A stretch of 64,000 nucleotides of DNA, taken from Tubulanus polymorphus. Lineage: Eukaryota > Animalia > Nemertea. Of this stretch, positions 1-11,704 are shown piece by piece. Position numbers and translations under genes: made by a program. Position 1 is the first letter of the stretch. The number at the start of each line of letters is the position of its first letter. The stretch is from positions 13,628,275-13,692,274 of the forward strand of contig NC_134032.1 in the NCBI RefSeq assembly GCF_964204645.1, given 5' to 3'. The notes beneath the pieces are model-generated. The model made no database searches. It had not been told where the DNA came from and saw nothing but the letters and a program-made list of their open reading frames with translations.

Positions 1-399
1 GTTGATGATTCAACTCAAAGCGTTTCTATTATTTAATTGAAATCAAAAGTGGCAGTCAAAAAACGGACAATTAAATAATCGATCAAACAAAACTTTTGAA
101 AATTTGATTTACTTACTTGGAACAAGTGCAATAGATATTGAATGAATGGTCTGTTTGTGATGAGATGGTAACAGGAGATACGCCCATATTTAATATCTCT
201 GAAGAATAAAAAAGTAAATGAAAAACTCATTTCAAAATGTGTGATTGATAATTTCTTAAAAACAAAATCGAGTTTCAGTCTGAATACATACCACATATAT
301 TTCTATCATAATCAACGATTGACTGAAAGTGTCAAGGGCTGCTGCTGTTGAGGCTGTTCATTACATGGTGAATCAACCTCTCACATGGTATTGGACTGA

Positions 400-1210
400 C
401 TCACTGGAGGTAGATTCTGCAGCACTTTCAAGTCAAGTTCACCAGACAGTGTCTCACTGGGGATAGATTCTGAGCACTTTGAAGTCAATTTCACCAGACT
501 GTGTCTCACTGGGGATAGATTCGGCAGCACTTTTAAGTCAATTTCACCCGACAGTTTCCCACTGAGGGTAGATTATGCAGTACTTTGAAGTCAAGTTCAC
601 AACACAGTGTCTCACTGGGGATGGATTCTGCAGCACTTTGAAGTCAATTTCACCAGACAGTTTCCCACTGAGGGTAGATTCTGCAGTACTTTGAAGTCAA
701 GTTCACCACACAGTGTCTCACTGGGGATGGATTCTGCAGCTCTTTGAAGTCAATTTCACCAGACTGTGTCTCACTGAGGATAAATTCTGCAGTACCTTGA
801 TGTCAAATTCACCAGACAGTGTCTCACTTGGGGTAGATTCTGCAGCACTTTGAAGTCAAGTTCACCAGGCAGTTTCTCACTGGGGGTAGATTCTGCAGCA
901 CTTTCAAGTCAAGTTCATCAGGCAGTGTCTCACTGGGGATAGATTCTGCAGCACAATGAAGTCAAGTTCACCAGCCAGTGTCTCACTGGTGATAGATTCT
1001 GCATTTCTTTGAAGTCAATTTAACCAGACAGTCTCTCACTGGGGATAGATTCAACAGCACTTTGAAGTCAAGTTCACCAATGTCTCAGTTGGGATATATT
1101 TTGCAGTACTTTGAAGTCAAGTTCACCACACAGTGTCTCACTGGGGAGAGATTCTGCAGCACTTTGAAGTCAAGTTCACCAGATAATGTCTCACTAGGGG
1201 TAGATTTCTG
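400..1210. repeat. 53-bp minisatellite, ~15 copies
   Basis: Unit TAGATTCTGCAGCACTTTGAAGTCAAGTTCACCAGACAGTGTCTCACTGGGGA; starts at 411, 464, 516, 569, 622 and onward. Confidence 0.95.
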
Positions 1211-1215
1211 ACAGA

Positions 1216-2820
1216 CGTTGGGAGGGACAGTCAAGGGTTTGATTAACGGATGTCGGGAGGTACAGTTGAGGGTTTGATGAACGGATATCGGGAGGGACAG
1301 TCGAGGGTTTGATGTACTGATGTCGGGAGGTACAGTCGAGGGTTTGATTAACGGATGTCGGGAGGTACAGTGGATGGTTTGATGTATGGATGTCAGGAGG
1401 TACAGTCGAGGGTTTGAACGGGTTTCGAGAGGTTGTCATGGGTTTGATGTACGGATGTCGGGAGGTGCAGTCGAGGGTTTGATGTACAGATGCCGGGAGG
1501 TACAGTCGAGGGTTTGGTGAACAGATGTCGGGAGGTACAGTCGAGGGTTTGGTGAACGGATGTCGGGAGGTATAGTCAAGGGTTTGATGTACTGAGGTCG
1601 GGAGGTACAGTCGAGGGTTTGAACGGGTTTCGAGAGGTTGTCATGGGTTTGATGTACGTATGTCGGGAGGTACAGTCGAGTGTTTGATGAACGGATGTCG
1701 GGAGGTACTGTCGAGGGTTTGATGTACGGATGTCGGGAGGAAGTCGGGGGTTTGATGAACGGATGTCAGGAGGTAGAGTCGGGGGTTTGATGAACGGATG
1801 TCGGGAGGTACAGTCGAGGGTTTGGTGCACTGATGTCGGGAGGTACAGTCGAGGGTTTAATGTATGGATGTCAGGATGTACAGTCGAGGGTTTAATGTAT
1901 GGATGTCGGGATGTACAGTCGAGAGTTTGATGTACTGATGTCGGGAGGTACAGTCGAGGGTTTGATGAACGGATGTCGGGAGGTGCAGTCGAGGGTTTGA
2001 TGTACGGATGTCGCGAGGCGCAGTCGAGGGTTTGATGAACAGATGTCGGGAGGTACAGTCGAGGGTTTGATGTACTGATGTCGGGAGGTTCAGTCGAGGG
2101 TTTGACGTAAGGATGTCGGGAGGTACAGTCGAGGGTTTGACGTAGGGATGTCGGAGGTTCAGTCGAGGGTTTGATGAAGGGATGTCGGAGGCACAGTCGG
2201 GGGTTTGAACGGGTTTCGAGAGGTACAGTCGAGGGTTTGATGTACTGATGTCGGGAGGTACAGTCGAGGGTTTGATGAACGGATGTCGGGAGGTGCAGTC
2301 GAGGGTTTGATGTACGGATGTCGCGAGGCGCAGTCGAGGGTTTGATGAACAGATGTCGGGAGGTACAGTCGAGGGTTTGATGTACTGATGTCGGGAGGTT
2401 CAGTCGAGGGTTTGACGTAAGGATGTCGGGAGGTACAGTCGAGGGTTTGACGTAGGGATGTCGGAGGTTCAGTCGAGGGTTTGATGAAGGGATGTCGGAG
2501 GCACAGTCGGGGGTTTGAACGGGTTTCGAGAGGTACAGTCGAGGGTTTGATGTACAGAGGTCGGGAGGTAAAGTCGAGGGTTTGATGTACGGATGTCAGG
2601 AGGTGCAGTCAAGGGTTTGATGTACTGATGTCGGGAGGTACAGTCGAGGGTTTGATGTATGGATGTCGGGAGGTACAGTCGAGGGTTTGATGTATGGATG
2701 TCGGGAGGTACAGTCGAGGGTTTGATGTATGGATGTCGGGAGGTTCAGTCGAGGGTTTGATGTACGGATGTCGGGAGGTACAGGCGAGGGTTTGAATGGG
2801 TTTCGAGAGGTTGTCATGGG
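1216..2820. repeat. 35-bp G-rich minisatellite, ~46 copies, with an internal 310-bp duplication
   Basis: Unit GATGTCGGGAGGTACAGTCGAGGGTTTGATGTACG (1249, 1284, ...). The variant block at 1981 recurs at 2291. Confidence 0.95.
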
Positions 2821-2867
2821 TGAATCGCTGTAGTAGGGTATTAAAGAGTTCAGGGTAATGATTACAC

Positions 2868-3155
2868 AAGCCTATTGTCCACAATTCTATCAATTACAGC
2901 CACCTTTCAAGTGCAAGGTTTTAGAAGATTCGTTAGGTGGAAGAATTAGTATTTAAGTGGGAGATTTTGATAGATTAAGAGTTAGGTTGAAGAAGGAATA
3001 TTTATACGTGCTATAAGTTGAGAAGAGTTTGTCAAAAGGTGGCTGTAACTGATAGGATTGAAGACACCTGGCAGTAGAATGGAGATTGAAATAAGGTAAA
3101 ATGAGATGCCTGGGCTGGGGAGAGAGAAGGGATAGTTTTTGAGTTATGGGAAGAC
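2868..3155. repeat. Conserved core of G-rich cassette, copy 1
   Basis: agcctattgtcc..tttcaagtgcaag..tttatacgtgctataagttgagaagagtttgtc..ggcagtagaat is shared with 25331-25610 and 29849-30130. Confidence 0.9.
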
Positions 3156-3885
3156 AGTTGAAGTCAAGGTGGGAATATGGGATGTCAAGGGGCGTGGTAC
3201 AGGTTGAAGTCGAGGTGGGATGAGGGGATGTCGAGGGGCGTGGTACAGGTTGAAGTCAATGTGGGATGAGGGGATGTCGAGGGGCGTGGTACAGGTTGAA
3301 GTCAATGTGGGATGAGGGGATGTTGAGGGGTGTCGTACAGGTTTAAAGGAGGGGATATCAAGGGGCTTGGGATAGGTTGAAGTCAAGGTGGGATGAGGGG
3401 ATGTCGAGGGGTGTGGTACAGGTTGAAGTCGAGGTGGGGGGGGGATGTCGAGGGGTGTGGTACAGGTTGAAGTCGAGGTGGGATGAGGGGATGTCGAGGG
3501 GCGTGGTACAGGTTGAAGTCAATGTGGGATGAGGGGATGTTGAGGGGTGTCGTACAGGTTTAAAGAAGGGGATATCAAGGGGCTTGGTATAGGTTGAAGT
3601 CAAGGTCGGATGAGGGGATGTCGAGGGGTGTGGTACAGGTTGAAGTCAAGGTGGGATGAGGGGATGTCGAGGGGCGTGGTACAGGTTGAAGTCAAGGTGG
3701 AGGGATGTCGAGGGGTGTGGTACAGGTTGAAGTCGAGGTGGGGGGGATGTCGAGGGGTGTGGTACAGGTTGAAGTCAAGGTGGGGGATGTCGAGGGGTGT
3801 GGTACAGGTTGAAGTCGAGGTGGGGGATGTCGAGGGGTGTGGTACAGAAGTCAAAGAGAGGGGTTGCAGGGGGTTGAAGTGAGAA
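3156..3885. repeat. 46-bp G-rich minisatellite, ~16 copies
   Basis: Unit GATGTCGAGGGGCGTGGTACAGGTTGAAGTCGAGGTGGGATGAGGG (3181, 3227, ...); units shorten toward the right end. Confidence 0.93.
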
Positions 3886-6165
3886 CTGGTGTTTGCAGCG
3901 CACTTGACTAATTTCATGGTTTCACAGCACTTGGGATGTCAGGTTCGCCAGACAGTGCCTCAATGGAGCAGTTCTGCGGCACTTGGAATCCATGTCACAT
4001 TTGTGGAACTTAATTGTGATGACAGTTTCATTTCTGCTCTATTGGTTTTCAGAGCTCTCCGTAAATGATTCCACAACAGGTGTTTCTAAAATCAATACAA
4101 ACATACATGCCTTAAGAACGTTGCTATTTTTCTTCATCTTGAAATAGGGGATTGGCCTTGTTATTCATTGATTTGTTTTGATTCAGTGTCCCTTACAAGC
4201 GCCAGAATGGGGTTAACGTTGTTGGTTGCCTAGTTTAACAAGTTGAAATATTCGAAATAACCGTAACTATATTAAGGTAGCCAAATAACGACATCATTGA
4301 TAATGGATGAGACCAAAATTTGAAAATATGTTTTACTTACTGGGAATCTTTTGTTGAATAATTGGTCAGTTCGTGAAAAGATGGCGAGTTCACCAGACAG
4401 TGTCTTACTATGGGGTAGATTCTGCAGAACTTGAATCCATCTCATCTCAAATGGTACTGAACTGTAAATGAAATACAAGATTCATTATGAACATACTTAG
4501 AAACAATAGGAAAGATCTTAAATTTCCAATTTTACACAGTTCTTCTCACATTCTGTAGCACTTAGGATGCCTCCAGTTCACCAGACCATATCTCATTGGG
4601 GGTAGATTCTACAATACCCGGTACTTCGATCGGATGGTGGTGTTGCACCTTTCATCTGAGGGAAACCAAAAAATCCTGCAGTATTTGGAACTCAAGTTCA
4701 CTGGACAGTGTCTCACTGGGGATAGATTCTGCAGTACTTGCAAATCATTTTTCATGGCGCTGATCTAAAGTAGAATTAAGAATTAGAAATTGATATACAT
4801 TTTCAAACATGGAAACCAATAGTTAGATTTCCAAATTTACACGTTTCTCCTCACATTCTGTAACACTCCGATGCTGAGGTCACCAGTCTCTCATTGGAGG
4901 TGGATGGAGTCTACAATAGTTGCATATCAAGTTGATCAGGGTCTCACCAGTGACAGATTCTGCAGCACTCTTGAATTCAATAGTGGAATTTGTGAATTAA
5001 TCAACACCAAGCATTTCTAAATCAGTACAAAATTGTATAAAAGGCGAGTATTTGCCAAAGAGGAAGCCAAAAATGGGAATAATTGATAATGGATGATATC
5101 AAACTTTGAAAACTAGTTTTACTTACTCAGACTTAATGTCGAATGAATGAGTCTGTTTGTGAAGAGAACATATTGCACCATTTATCTGAAGGAAAACAAA
5201 AAATAGATGAAAAACTCATCACTAAAGATAATTGATGATTTCTTGATTTCGGTGTGTATACATACCACTAGTATTTCTATCATAATCTGTAAGTTTCAAG
5301 GGCTGCTGCTGTTCCTGCTGCTGCTGCTCAAGTCGTCCTATCTAAATGATGTTCTTTATAGACTTGTTCATTACATAGAGGATCAACCTTTAAAATAGTA
5401 TTGAACTGAAAATAAAATAAAAGATACTTCATTCATTTTCAAACATAGAAACCATATAGGGAGGATTACCAATATGACATGATTCTACTCACATTCTTCA
5501 GCATTTGGGCGTCAAGATTACCAGACAGTGTCTCAATGGGGATGGATTATGCACGAGTACTTGAAATCCATCTCACGTGGGAATGAACTGAAAATCAAAT
5601 GAAAGATTCATTTTGAATATTTTTTCACAAAGACAGAAAAAAATGGAGGGTTTTCAAATTCCAATTTTACATATTTCTTCTGACATTCTGCAACACTTGG
5701 ATGCTGAGTTCACCAGGCTTTCACTGAGGGAAAATTCTAAAACACTTGGGTATCGAGTTAATCAGGCAGATTCTGCAGCACTTGAATCCTTTTGTGGAGT
5801 TTGTGATTGATCCAACTTTGAATAGATGGCAAGAAAAGATATTTCGCCTTTCATCTGAAAGAAGGCCCAGAGAACATCCGAATTAGTCAATAAGGACAGC
5901 CAAACAACAGGCATTACTGATGATGGATTAAATCAAATTTTGAAAACATGTGTAACTTACTTGGAATATAATGTCGAATGAATAGTCCATTTGTGAAGAG
6001 AGGATTAGAGAACAAATAGCATCTTTCAACTGAAGAAAAACAACAAATTTATAAATGCACTTCAAAGAATGACTGGTGTGACTTCTTAAAAGAAAATCGA
6101 TTTTCGGTTTGGATACAAACCACTTATATTTTTATCGTAATCAACAATGGACAGTAAGTGACGGG

Positions 6166-6166
<1 letters not shown>

Positions 6167-6233
<67 letters not shown>

Positions 6234-6259
6234 TGCTGCTACTGCTGTTGGCGCTGCTC
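6167..6259. repeat. (CTG)n/(CAG)n microsatellite, ~30 triplets with interruptions
   Basis: 16 pure CTG at 6170-6217, then an interrupted continuation. Confidence 0.97.
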
Positions 6260-9099
6260 AAGTGCGATCAAAATGATGTTCTTTATGGACTTGTTCATTA
6301 CACATTGATCGACCTTTTACATGGTATTGAACTGAAAATAAAATAAAAGATTCTTTATTAATTCATTTTCAAATATAGAAACCAATAGGGAGAATTGCCA
6401 ATTTTACACAATTCTACTTACATACTGCAGTAATTGGACGTCAAGTTTACCAGACAGTGTCAGGGGTGAAGATTTTGCAGTACTTGCAAATCATTTTTCA
6501 TGGCGCTGATCTAAAGTAGAATTAAGAATTCGAAATTGATATACATTTTCAAACATGGAAACCAATAGTTAGGATTTCCAAATTTACACGTTTCTCCTCA
6601 CATTCTGTAACACTCCCATGCTGAGGTCACCAGCCACTCATTGGAGGTGGATGGAGTCTACAATAGTTGCATATCAAGTTGATCAGGGTCTCACCAGTAA
6701 CAGATTCTGCAGCACTCTTGAATCCAATTGTGGAATTTGTGAATGATTCCACACCAGGTGTTTCTAAATCAGTACAATATTGTATAGCAGATGAGTATAA
6801 ACAGCGCCAGCCAAAAAACAGGCATAATTGATAATGGATGATATCAACTTTGAAAACTAGTTTTACTTACTCAGACTTAATGTCGAATGAATGAGTCTGT
6901 TTGTGAAGAGAACATATTGCATCATTTATCTGAAGGAAAACAAGAAATAGAAAAAAATTATTTCTGCAGATTATTGATGATTTCTTTATTTTGGTCTGAA
7001 TACATACCACTAATATTTCTATCGTAATCAAATGAGTGTCAGGGCGGCGGCTTCTCAGGCCCGATCAAAATGATGTTCTTTATGGACTAACTTGTTCATT
7101 ACTTAGAGAATCAGCTTGTTACATGGTATTGAACTGAACATGAAATGAAAGATTCTTCATAGATTAATTTTCAAACAAAGAAACTAGTAGGGGTAATTTC
7201 CAATTCTAACTTTTTCTACTCACATTCTGGAGCACTTGTATGCTGATTTCACCAGATAAAAACGGGCATTATCAATAATGGACGATACCAAACTTAAAAA
7301 AATATGTTTTACTTACTAGAAATCAACTGCGATCAAGTGTCCAATTTAGTGTTTGTGGAGAGGATGGTGAGAGAACATACGGCTCATATTTCTTTCATCT
7401 AAAGAAAAATAGAAAATTATTGGAAATGTATTTCAAAAGATGATTATTATATTATATAAAATGAAATTGAATTTCGGTCTGAACACATACCACTTATGTT
7501 TCTATTGTAATCAACGATGGACTGTAAGTGTCAAGGGCTGCTACAGTTCAGATCACTTTGATCAAAATGAAAATCCTTATAGACCCGTGCATTACATAGA
7601 TATTCCAACCTTTTACATGGTATTGAACTGAAAATAAAAGATTCTTCATAAATCCATTTTCAAACATAGAAACCAATAGGGAGCTTTTCCAATTTTGCAG
7701 AATTCTACTCACATTCTACAGCACTTGGACGTCAAGTTTACCGGACAGTGTCTCACTGGGGATAGATTCTGCAGTACTTGCAAATCATTTTTCATGACAC
7801 TGAACTAGATTAGAATAAATAATTCATCAGGAATAATTCATTTTCACACATAGAAAACAACAGTGAGGATTTCCAAATTTACACATTTCTTATTACATTC
7901 TTTGGCACTTCGATGCCGAGTTTACCAGTATCTATCTTGCATATCAAACTGATCAGCGTCTCACCAGTGACAAATTCTGCAGCACTCTGAATCCAATTGT
8001 GGAATTTGTAAATGATTCCACACCAGGTGTTTCTAAAACAGTACAAAATTGTTTAGAAGTTTTAACCAACAGTGCCAGCCACAAAAAAAAACGGGCATAA
8101 TTAATAACGGATATCAAACTTTGAACATTTCTTTTACTTACTCGGAATCAATGTCAAATGAATGGATCTGTTTGTGAAGAGAACGTATTGCATCATTCTA
8201 TCTGAAGAAAAACAAAAGATAGATGAAAAATTCATTTCTACAGATAATAGATGATTTCTTAATTTCAGTCTGAATACAAACCACTAATATTTCTATCGTA
8301 ATCAAACAATGTTCTGTAAGTTTGAAGGGCTGCTGCTGCTACTGCTGCTGCTGCTACTGTTGGTGCTGCTCAAGTCCGATCAAAATGATGTTCTTTATGG
8401 ACTTGTTCATTACATAGAGGATTGACCTTTCACACAGTATTGAACTGAAAATAGAATGAGATTTTCCATTACCGGTATTCATTTTCAAACATAGAAACCG
8501 ATTAGGGAGGATTTCCAATATGACATGATTCTATACTCACATTCTGCAGCACTTGGGTGTGAGTTCACCAGACAGTGTCTCACTGGGGGTAGATTCTACA
8601 GCACTCGGACGTCAAGTTCACGGGACAGTGCACTTGACTAATTTCACGGTTTCGCACTTGGGATGTCAGGTTCGCCAGACAGTGCCTCAATGGAGCAGTT
8701 CTGCGGCACTTGGAATCCATGTCACATTTTGTGGAACTTAATTATGATGACAATTTCATTTTTTGCTTTATCAGTTTTCAGAGCTTTCCGTAAATAATTC
8801 CACACCAGGCGTTTCTAAAATCAATACATTCATACATGTAAAAGCCGTAGGCATTTTTCTTCATCTTCAAATACGGGATTGGCCCTGTTATTTATTTAAT
8901 TGGTAGATTTCATTTGATTTGTTTTGATTGAGTGTCCCTTACAAGCGCCAGATTGGGGTTTTCGTTGTTGGTTACTTAGTTTAAAACATTGAAATTTTCT
9001 TAATATCCGTAACTATACTAAGCAGAGATGCTAGGGCCAAAGTACCAAAATTTCGGAATTCAGAACGGGGGCCTGGGGATCCTCCCCCAGAAAAAATTT

Positions 9100-9444
9100 T
9101 GCGTTTTTGCATCGCCGGAGATGCAGTATCACGATCGGCATCTTTCATCTGAAAATATGACGGCAGGCATTCGTTGTGCTTCACACCCCTCACTGCTTAT
9201 GCCGCGCGCTATCCGGATGACGAAGAATATCTTTTTTCCCGCCACTACCGTATTTGACCTGGTCTTTACAAACGACGCAGTACGCCACGCCAGCTAAGTC
9301 TAACTTACGAATGTAGTTCGATAAGTAGTCCCCGTTACTGTCCTTACACTCTAGCCAGTGCCAGTTAAATTTATTTTTTATACCGCTGTCAATTGCCTTT
9401 ATATCGGCCGACTCCCGACTGACAATCTTTCCGTGCGTGCTCAT
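9100..9444 (-). pseudogene. Truncated, frameshifted transposase N-terminus with BED/TTF-like C2H2 zinc finger
   Basis: ORF 9190-9444: KNKFNWHWLE...YCVVCKDQVKYGSGGKKDILRHPDSARH = C-x2-C-x16-H-x5-H. An overlapping frame continues AVRGVKHNECLPSYF. No DDE catalytic region is present. Confidence 0.75.
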
Positions 9445-9520
9445 TTTGCAGACCGTCCCGCTTGACAGCCGCAGGCAAAAAGAAAGTTACAAAGCTGCGT
9501 GCCTCAGGACATAGCACGCG

Positions 9521-9573
9521 CGTGGTTATAATTAAGATGATATTTATTAAATATCATCTTAATTAATACCACG
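9521..9573. other. AT-rich palindrome inside the element
   Basis: Perfect 18-bp arms TAATTAAGATGATATTTA-T-TAAATATCATCTTAATTA (9529-9565), extended by CGTGGT/ACCACG. Also at 12203-12255, 14844-14896 and 17547-17599. Confidence 0.95.
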
Positions 9574-11704
9574 TGCATCTTCACATTGTTGGCCGTCAGC
9601 GGGACGATGTACAACGGCGCGTTAAGATAATTGACTTTCAATTGGAAATGGCGTCACAACAGTGGCGCTCCGCCTACGCACGCGCACAGATACCACAACA
9701 AGCACACATATATACATTGTAGCAGAACGTCCTCGGAAACGGAGACCAAGATAAAATAACACAGAAGCTACGATGAGTGTAAGCAAACGAACGCTTTTAC
9801 GGTCCGTGCCATTACTGGTCGCCGCGAGGAATTCTCACCAAATTTCCGGAATTCTGGATATTTCCGGAAAACTAGCATCTCTGATTAATACAAAACTATA
9901 TAGGCATGAAGAACGTATCTAAAAGCTGATAGTAGCAGCTAAAAATGGGCATTATTAATAATGGACGATACCAAGTTTTGAAAATATGTTTTACTTACTA
10001 GAAATCAACTGCGATCAAGTGTCCAATTTAGTGTTTGTGGAGAGGATGGTGAGAGAACATATGGCTCATATTTCTCTCATCTGAAGAAAAAAAGAAAATT
10101 ATTGGAAATGTATTTCAAAAGATGATTATTATATTATATAAAATGAAATTGAATTTCGGTCTGAACACATACCACTTATGTTTCTATTGTAATCAATGAT
10201 GGACTGTAAGTGTCAGAGCTGCTGCAGTTCAGATCACTTTGATCAAAATGAAAATCCTTAAAGACCGTGCATTACATAGATGTTCCAACCTTTTACATGG
10301 TATTGAACTGAAAATAAAATAAAAGATTCTTCACAAATCCATTTTCAAACATAGAAACCAATAGGAACCTTTCCAATTTTGCAGAATTCTACTCACATTC
10401 TACAGCACTTGGACGTCAAGTTTATCTCACTGGGGATAGATTCTGCAGTACTCGCAAATCATTTTTCATGACACTGAACTAGATTAGAATAAATAATTCA
10501 TCAGGAATAATTCATTTTCACACATAGAAAACAACAGTGAGGATTTCCAAATTTACACATTTCTTATTACATTCTTTGGCACTTCGATGCCGAGTTTACC
10601 AGTATCTATCTTGCATATCAAACTGATCAGCGTCTCACCAGTGACAAATTCTGCAGCACTCTGAATCCAATTGTGGAATTTGTAAATGATTCTACACCAG
10701 GTGTTTCTAAAACAGTACAAAATTGTTTAGAAGTTTTAACCAACAGTGCCAGCCACAAAAAAAAAACCGGCATAATTAATAACGGATATCAAACTTTGAA
10801 CATTTCTTTTACTTACTCGGAATCAATGTCAAATGAATGGATCTGTTTGTGAAGAGAACGTATTGCATCATTCTATCTGAAGAAAAACAAAAGATAGATG
10901 AAAAATTCATTTCTACAGATAATAGATGATTTCTTAATTTCAGTCTGAATACAAACCACTAATATTTCTATCGTAATCAAACAATGTTCTGTAAGTTTGA
11001 AGGGCTGCTGCTGCTACTGCTGCTGCTGCTACTGTTGGTGCTGCTCAAGTCCGATCAAAATGATGTTCTTTATGGACTTGTTCATTACATAGAGGATTGA
11101 CCTTTTACACAGTATTGAACTGAAAATAGAATGAGATTTTCCATTACCGGTATTCATTTTCAAACATAGAAACCGATTAGGGAGGATTTCCAATATGACA
11201 TGATTCTATACTCACATTCTGCAGCACTTGGGTGTGAGTTCACCAGACAGTGTCTCACTTGGGGATATTCTACAGCACTCGGACGTCAAGTTCACGGGAC
11301 AGTGCACTTAACTAATTTCACGGTTTCGCACTTGGGATGTCAGGTTCGCCAGACAGTGCCTCAATGGAGCAGTTCTGCGGCATTTGGAATCCATGTCACA
11401 TTTTGTGGAACTTTATTATGATGACAATTTCATTTTTTGCTTTATCAGTTTTCAGAGCTTTCCGTAAATAATTCCACACCAGGCGTTTCTAAAATCAATA
11501 CAAACATACATTCATACATGTAAAAGCCGTAGGCATTTTTCTTCATCTTCAAATACGGGATTGGCCCTGTTATTTATTTAATTGGTAGATTTCATTTGAT
11601 TTGTTTTGATTGAGTGTCCCTTACAAGCGCCAGATTGGGGTTTACGTTGTTGGTTACTTAGTTTAAAACATTGAAATTTTCTTAATATCCGTAACTATAC
11701 TAAG

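Larger units (their letters stand above)
9023..9883 (-). mobile_element. Non-autonomous hAT-like DNA transposon, copy 1 (861 bp)
   Basis: Perfect 12-bp TIRs CAGAGATGCTAG / CTAGCATCTCTG, subterminal TTCCGGAA-like motifs at both ends, higher GC than the host, and an internal zinc-finger transposase fragment. The hAT assignment rests on CAG termini, short TIRs and the N-terminal zinc finger. No matching TSD. Confidence 0.85.

Noticed and set aside
400-1210. CRISPR-like array
   Set aside because: Head-to-tail 53-bp monomers with no unique spacers, no cas genes, and a eukaryotic context.
1194-3917. Pro/Thr/Ser- or Gly/Val-rich ORFs
   Set aside because: Translations of 35- and 46-bp minisatellites whose unit lengths are not multiples of three.
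4105-4280. ~170-200 bp extra segment in type-d introns (also ~8830-9020 and ~19525-19720) as a MITE
   Set aside because: No convincing TIRs or TSD; CCTTAA and TTAAGG are oriented inside-out for a TTAA-targeting element.
6158-6346. Poly-Leu signal-peptide-like ORF
   Set aside because: Product of the CTG microsatellite; GTG start and not conserved in other modules.
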